From NCBI RefSeq assembly GCF_001194135.2, contig NC_068995.1, positions 34,256,196-34,295,216 on the forward strand: a stretch of DNA of 39,021 nt, in the 5' to 3' direction. Below, piece after piece: positions 33,335 to 39,021 of this stretch (position 1 is the first letter of the stretch; each line of letters opens with the position of its first letter). A program made the position numbers and the translations under genes. The DNA comes from Octopus bimaculoides (lineage: Eukaryota). Below the pieces are notes generated by a model. That model was not told the DNA's origin and made no database searches. It saw nothing but the letters and a program-made list of their open reading frames with translations.

Positions 33335-34617
33335 AAATACAACAATAATAATAAATGAATGTATATATCAACCAACAATAAATAGCAAATGAATGTATAT
33401 AAAATACTTATTATATAAAGATAGAAAAATATTATTAACATATCAAAATAATAACCATTCCATAAGCAATCCTACATCCATTATAAAATAATCTAATAAG
33501 TATATTATTACAATCTAATATGGGGCCACAGTTACTGATGTATGTTAGTGAAAATACATATTAGAATTGAGAATTATGAAAATATTTGCAGAGTTATTGT
33601 ATAACAAAACTGGAAGGTGGAACTCTTTTGGTATTATACATATACATACATGTACACGCAAACACATACACAAATATATGTATAAATTTGGTTGTTTAGT
33701 ATCAGTGTAATCCGAGTTTGATAGATGTCGTGGTAATTAGAACAAGCTTTGACACAATACAGGTACTTTTCTGAATTACGTTTCCTGCAACTGGCTTTCA
33801 ACAATCTAATAATCTAGATCTGCTTTGCAACTTATATTAGAAGACAGCAACACCAAGGTTTTATATTCTGTTGAGAAAAATATATATGACATATATAAAT
33901 GTGTATGACAAGACATATTCACTGTAATTATTAAGAAACCAAACACAATGGCAATTTCTTTCTTTCTATTTGATATAACACCACGGGTTGAAAAGTACCT
34001 GTATTGTGTCAAAGCTAGTTTTAATTACCACGACATCTATCAAACTCGGATTACACTGATACTACACAACCAAGTTTGCTATGACTTTGTTTATCACCGT
34101 GTGAAGAATAGACAGTGTTCTATTGTTCTATTGTTTTCTTGATACTTTTATTTGCAATACTCTACTGACATATACAAAAATGGCCCATGTAGTTTACATA
34201 AATGAAACGAAAGGAAAATGAGCTGAGATACATAACTCTTAATGGTTGAACAACAAAGACGTATAAAAATGTATTAGATATTATACATGATAAATACTTG
34301 ATTTATTGAAAATATTTATGCTACTATAGAATGCAGAACAAGGCTATGTAATAATTGTACATTCCTCAATGGTATTAAGCTATGTTAGTGAAATAAAATA
34401 TCTCCAGTTACGAATTAGAATCGTGCTGCAGAGTCACTTCGCTTTAATGGTGCAGCTTACTCTACTGCATACTCAGTACAAATTATCGTATAGGAATTGT
34501 GGCAATTGGGACCGACTTCAAATGAGAAGAAGGGGAGATAATATATGTATGTGCCTTAATATATGTCAAAGTATATGGCTAAGTATTACATTCTCCTAGA
34601 GACAAGATAGGGCAACG

Positions 34618-34662
34618 GCTATGCTGACGACATCTATTGAGGCAGAAATATGCGTTTACAGC
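34618..34662 (+). ncRNA. CpG-decayed minimal hammerhead
   Basis: GCUAUG-CUGACGA-CAUCU-AUUG-AGGCA-GAAA-UAUGCGUU-UACAGC; stem I 5/6 bp; stems II and III restored by transitions only. Confidence 0.5.
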
Positions 34663-34695
34663 AGACCTCTTGTCTCCGGACAATCAGACTTAATG

Positions 34696-34756
34696 ACAAA
34701 TATCCGTCAAATGTAAATAATGTACATAATTTCTCATCTCTTAAATACAAAAATGT
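34696..34756 (+). mobile_element. Tail fragment of the hammerhead-SINE family
   Basis: GACAAATATCCGTCAAATGTAAATAATGTACATAATTTCTCATCTCTTAAATA matches 27870-27925. Confidence 0.75.
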
Positions 34757-35392
34757 ATATACCAAGGCTTGTATTCTATGTTTCGAAGGCGTCAATGTTT
34801 TTCAAGGTGGACGGCCGTGACATTGTTGAGTGATAGCCAACCATATTATATTGTGTTGTGTTGACGTTGTTGCGCCCGTGCGACTGAGTACTGCTTGTGT
34901 AGTTTTCTCGTATAGAACCCAGCATGCAGGATCTCTAGTGTTTAAGTATGTGTTTCGTCTGTAAATGTGCACGGGTGGGCATGGATATGCGCGTATTCTA
35001 ACGGATTTACAGGCATGGAAACTGGTCGAAAGGGTTTCTATATATTTACATATGGACACATACTTATAGACTTGAGTTTGTTTGTTATCCCAAGTGAACC
35101 CATGAAACGAATAATCTCGTTGTAGGGTTTCTTCTCTTGCTAATAATAAAATATACAATCAACACAATTTCTCTCTCTGTCTCTCTCTGTCTCTCTCTCT
35201 CACTATCTCCCTCTCTCTCACTCTTTCTCTCTCTCTCTCTCTCTCTCTCACACACTCTCTCTCTCTCTCAACAGGACATAAACAACAGGTGTCTTTCGAC
35301 TAAGGACGAATTAAATTAAGCTGACGTGTGAAGAAGTGAAGCCTTACGGCAGGGACATAAGGGTTGACAGGCATGGGAAGCAAATACATACA

Positions 35393-35426
<34 letters not shown>

Positions 35427-36117
35427 CATACATACATATATACATACATACACACACACACAAACACATGCATACACACACACACACACACACACANNNN
35501 NNNNNNNNNNNNNNNNNNNNNNNNNNNNNNNNNNNNNNNNNNNNNNNNNNNNNNNNNNNNNNNNNNNNNNNNNNNNNNNNNNNNNNNNNNNNNNNNNNNN
35601 NNNNNNNNNNNNNNNNNNNNNNNNNNNNNNNNNNNNNNNNNNNNNNNNNNNNNNNNNNNNNNNNNNNNNNNNNNNNNNNNNNNNNNNNNNNNNNNNNNNN
35701 NNNNNNNNNNNNNNNNNNNNNNNNNNNNNNNNNNNNNNNNNNNNNNNNNNNNNNNNNNNNNNNNNNNNNNNNNNNNNNNNNNNNNNNNNNNNNNNNNNNN
35801 NNNNNNNNNNNNNNNNNNNNNNNNNNNNNNNNNNNNNNNNNNNNNNNNNNNNNNNNNNNNNNNNNNNNNNNNNNNNNNNNNNNNNNNNNNNNNNNNNNNN
35901 NNNNNNNNNNNNNNNNNNNNNNNNNNNNNNNNNNNNNNNNNNNNNNNNNNNNNNNNNNNNNNNNNNNNNNNNNNNNNNNNNNNNNNNNNNNNNNNNNNNN
36001 NNNNNNNNNNNNNNNNNNNNNNNNNNNNNNNNNNNNNNNNNNNNNNNNNATATATATACATCTAGGGGGAACAAAGGCCAGCTTCATAAGGCTCAATTTG
36101 CCCCAATTCAAACGAGT

Positions 36118-36430
36118 GCCAGATTGTTCTAGTGTAGGTCTGCACCTCTGGAGCCGGCGATCCGGGTTCACACTTGGACCGTGAGAAAAAAAGAACCCTC
36201 ACACATGGGTCGTCTAAGTACCCAGCTGGGAACGGGTACTTAGCCCTTCTCAGGGCCGCAGTACACGTCACAGCAGTGCTAGAAACCAGAGAAACCAATC
36301 CCATCTAAGGCGTACTAAAACGGACAGCAGGTGGACATCCGGGAGTGTCAGGAGTTAAGGGCCGAAACATTTGCCTAAAGGGGGTTTTTCCTCTGAGGGC
36401 CACCTGCTGATACACTCTCCCCGAGTTTCT
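36118..36430 (+). mobile_element. tRNA-derived SINE, family E, with hairpin core and hammerhead-like tail
   Basis: Head GCCAGATTGTTCTAGTG (A-box-like) and GGGTTCACACTT (B-box-like, 36164-36175); perfect 10-bp hairpin CTAAGTACCC/GGGTACTTAG at 36214-36243; permuted hammerhead at 36343-36401. Limits approximate. Confidence 0.62.
36343..36401 (+). ncRNA. Second non-circularly permuted hammerhead, core with a 2-nt deletion
   Basis: Stem III GAGUGU 36343-36348 / ACAUUU 36367-36372; GUC triplet (C36349); stem I AGGAG 36350-36354 / UUCCU 36388-36392; stem II GGCC 36360-36363 / GGCC 36398-36401; GAA 36364-36366; core reads CUGAG only. Confidence 0.58.
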
Positions 36431-38849
36431 TTCCAATTATATATTTACATACATACATGCATACATACATGCATACATACATACATACATACATGCATAC
36501 ATACATGCATACATACATATATATTGTATATATATATATATATATATACACGCTGATACATATACATATCTAATGCATACATAAATGTGTGTGTGTATAT
36601 ACGTACATACACACACACATATATATGTAAAAATATGTGCCTATATATATATATATATGTACAAATACATCTATGTGTATGTATATACACAGGCATGATT
36701 AAATAACATTAAATCTATAGCTGGCTGTCATATCCAGCTTTTTCGTCACATTGTTTTAATGATTTTTTTTTTATTTATCTATTGTGGGAACGTCATATTA
36801 GTCCGTCTCCGCCTCCATCTTTTCATTATTACAATCATTATTTGAATAACAGCAGCAGTACCACCACCAATAACAGCATCAATAGTATTGCTCATAAAGC
36901 TGCCGCCTTATCTACTATGATAGTAAGTTTGTTAAAGTAGTCGAGGTGCACACTCCCAGACTCTCTCACTCCAACACTCTCTTTTATGTCTCTATCTCAC
37001 TTATTCTCTCTTTCGCTTTGTCTTTTATATATTTCTTCTGCTCAAACAATATTTGAATTTATCAACACACATTTCCTGTAGTTATTACATCAATAAACAC
37101 GTCACTAAGACCCGGCCCTTTAACGTAATTTTAGCAAAACATAGCACTATCACGTATTCTTTCAACGAAACAAGCATAGCTGTGTATCCAATTTTCTTTC
37201 AAACTAGGGATCCTGTTAGAACAAATCTCTTTAAATCATTTCGAATAATCACGACAAAGACAGTATTGACAAAAGCAAAGAAAAGAAAGAAAATATTCTT
37301 AACCAGAAGCAACAATAACAACCACAGCAACGGTTTAAGTATTATGGACGACAAAACACTTACAACCTGTTTTACATGTAGTAAGCATTTCCACTAACAA
37401 AATAAACCTTTATGATTACCTCTCTTATCTAAAGTGGTTTATAAATTGCCCCATCAGACCTAGTTGGATAAGAAATGCTGGGAGCAAAATGGCTTGTGGT
37501 TTTGCTGGGAGGTTATTCATAATGTTGTACTTTCCAACATTGAATAGAAACGAATAAAAGAAAAAAAAAAAGATATTTAGTGTATCCGATTTGTTTGCCA
37601 GGCACTATGCACACTACTTTCAAGTTTCCACAAATAATGCAAATGTGTTCGAAATATTTAAACTTTTCTGTACGACTCTCATGGCTTCGCTGCTCACAAG
37701 TTGTCTTTACCTGTATTATACTGTACAATTTATAGTGGTGTGCAAAAAAAGGCCTCTTACGTAGTACGAAATTCTTCACATCAGTTGGGAGTTTCTGCGC
37801 TATGTAGCTTTACAGTCTGAGGCTCAAATTATGTCCATTCATAAAACAAGTTCGCTGTGTGAAGGCGAATAATTGAAAGTGTAACAATATAGCCTTTGGA
37901 ACGAAGTTCAAGTTTCCTTTTAACCATAAAATGTCAATAGAGTTTCCGTCTAGTTTATTTCCAGAGTGTAACGAGGTATGTCTGAACTTGTTTTGTTTTA
38001 TCTCTAATCCCTCACCTATTTTTTCTATGACTCAAACAGCCATTTGGCTGAGCAGTGTAAATTGTTTGGCAAAGTTAATTACTATCAATCACAGGTGTTC
38101 TACTTTCTCTTCTGCTACTGGGAAAAATTTTCAGTTTATACATTGAAGAATAACAATTATATTTTATGAATGTAAAAACTAATTACGTTATCTTTTTGTT
38201 GCATACCAGTTGCCATGCCGAATGTTATTCTATCAACCAATAACTACTAGCATAAGTTTAGCTACACATCCCCATACTGACGTCTGGTTATTTCAGCCAA
38301 TCGTCATCAAGTATTTTGTCAGGAGACAAAGGTTAGAAACATCGATGTTTGTGTGTCCAGTGTTTGCATTACATCAAATGCTGACCTAAAATGAGTCAGT
38401 ATTTGCTCAGATTATCAGATAATGAAATATTGTGGACGGCAAACCAGGGAGAAAAAAACCGATTAAAACATTCATACACTTTTTAAATGTTTGTTACATT
38501 TATCTTGTAATAGATCATAGGCCGTCACTTACTTGATTCTAGTATCAGTTTAAAATAGAACATTTGAATGGAATTATGCAGGAACAAAATTGCAAATAAA
38601 TTCGTATTATTCCATATAATACGATTGAGATGATTTTTGCAATGTAAACAGTTAAAAGCATCATCATTTCGCTGAAAACATTCCGAGTTAAAAGAGCCAA
38701 ACGGCTGATGTGTGCTCTCTATGAACCAGCAGGATTTTGGAAATTCTTGGTAAAAATGACTTATCTGACAAATAGACCATACTAATTTGACAATACTTTC
38801 AATCTCACACAAAATATTTTCCTAAAAGCAGAAATATAGTGCATTTACA

Positions 38850-38933
<84 letters not shown>

Positions 38934-38970
38934 CATCTATCTATCCATCTATCTATCTATCTATCTATCT
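38850..38970. repeat. (CTAT)n microsatellite
   Basis: Direct reading. Confidence 0.97.
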
Positions 38971-39021
38971 CTTCTCACGGACGTGCTGTCACATCGGCTG
39001 CGAAGGTAAACGTTTTGTTGG

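Noticed and set aside
34775-34830. Minus-strand AUGUC...CCUUCGAAACAU resembling half of a permuted hammerhead
   Set aside because: No downstream complementary stem I strand or CUGANGA.
37930-38812. Candidate host exons (GAG|GTATGT donor near 37976; open frames at 38525-38812), also 2338-2562, 7754-7984 and 27950-28227
   Set aside because: No recognisable protein family and no consistent exon chain; would need RNA-seq or homology search.

Overview
AT-rich, gapped draft-assembly eukaryotic DNA, most likely a coleoid cephalopod such as Octopus (inferred from the SINE families and the extreme microsatellite load; not verified). No host protein-coding exon could be supported. Nearly all long ORFs in the supplied track are artefacts of N-gaps and microsatellites. 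The window is a graveyard of mobile elements: a Tc1 and a mariner remnant, three Penelope-like element (PLE) remnants with RT and/or GIY-YIG motifs, two complementary halves of a Hero/R2-like RLE non-LTR element, at least five tRNA-derived SINE families, and several fold-back or MITE-like palindromes. The most striking unannotated signal is a dense set of hammerhead ribozyme (HHR) motifs, about eight full or decayed cores plus half-sites. One at 12124-12185 has an intact core whose strands are in a non-circularly permuted (pseudoknotted) order, inside a ~630-bp tandem non-coding unit. A second at 36343-36401 has the same topology in the tail of a tRNA-headed SINE. A head-to-head pair of B-box-bearing SINE-like copies with HHR tails lies at 26951-27930. 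All base-pairings and translations were read by eye; no folding, alignment or database search was run.
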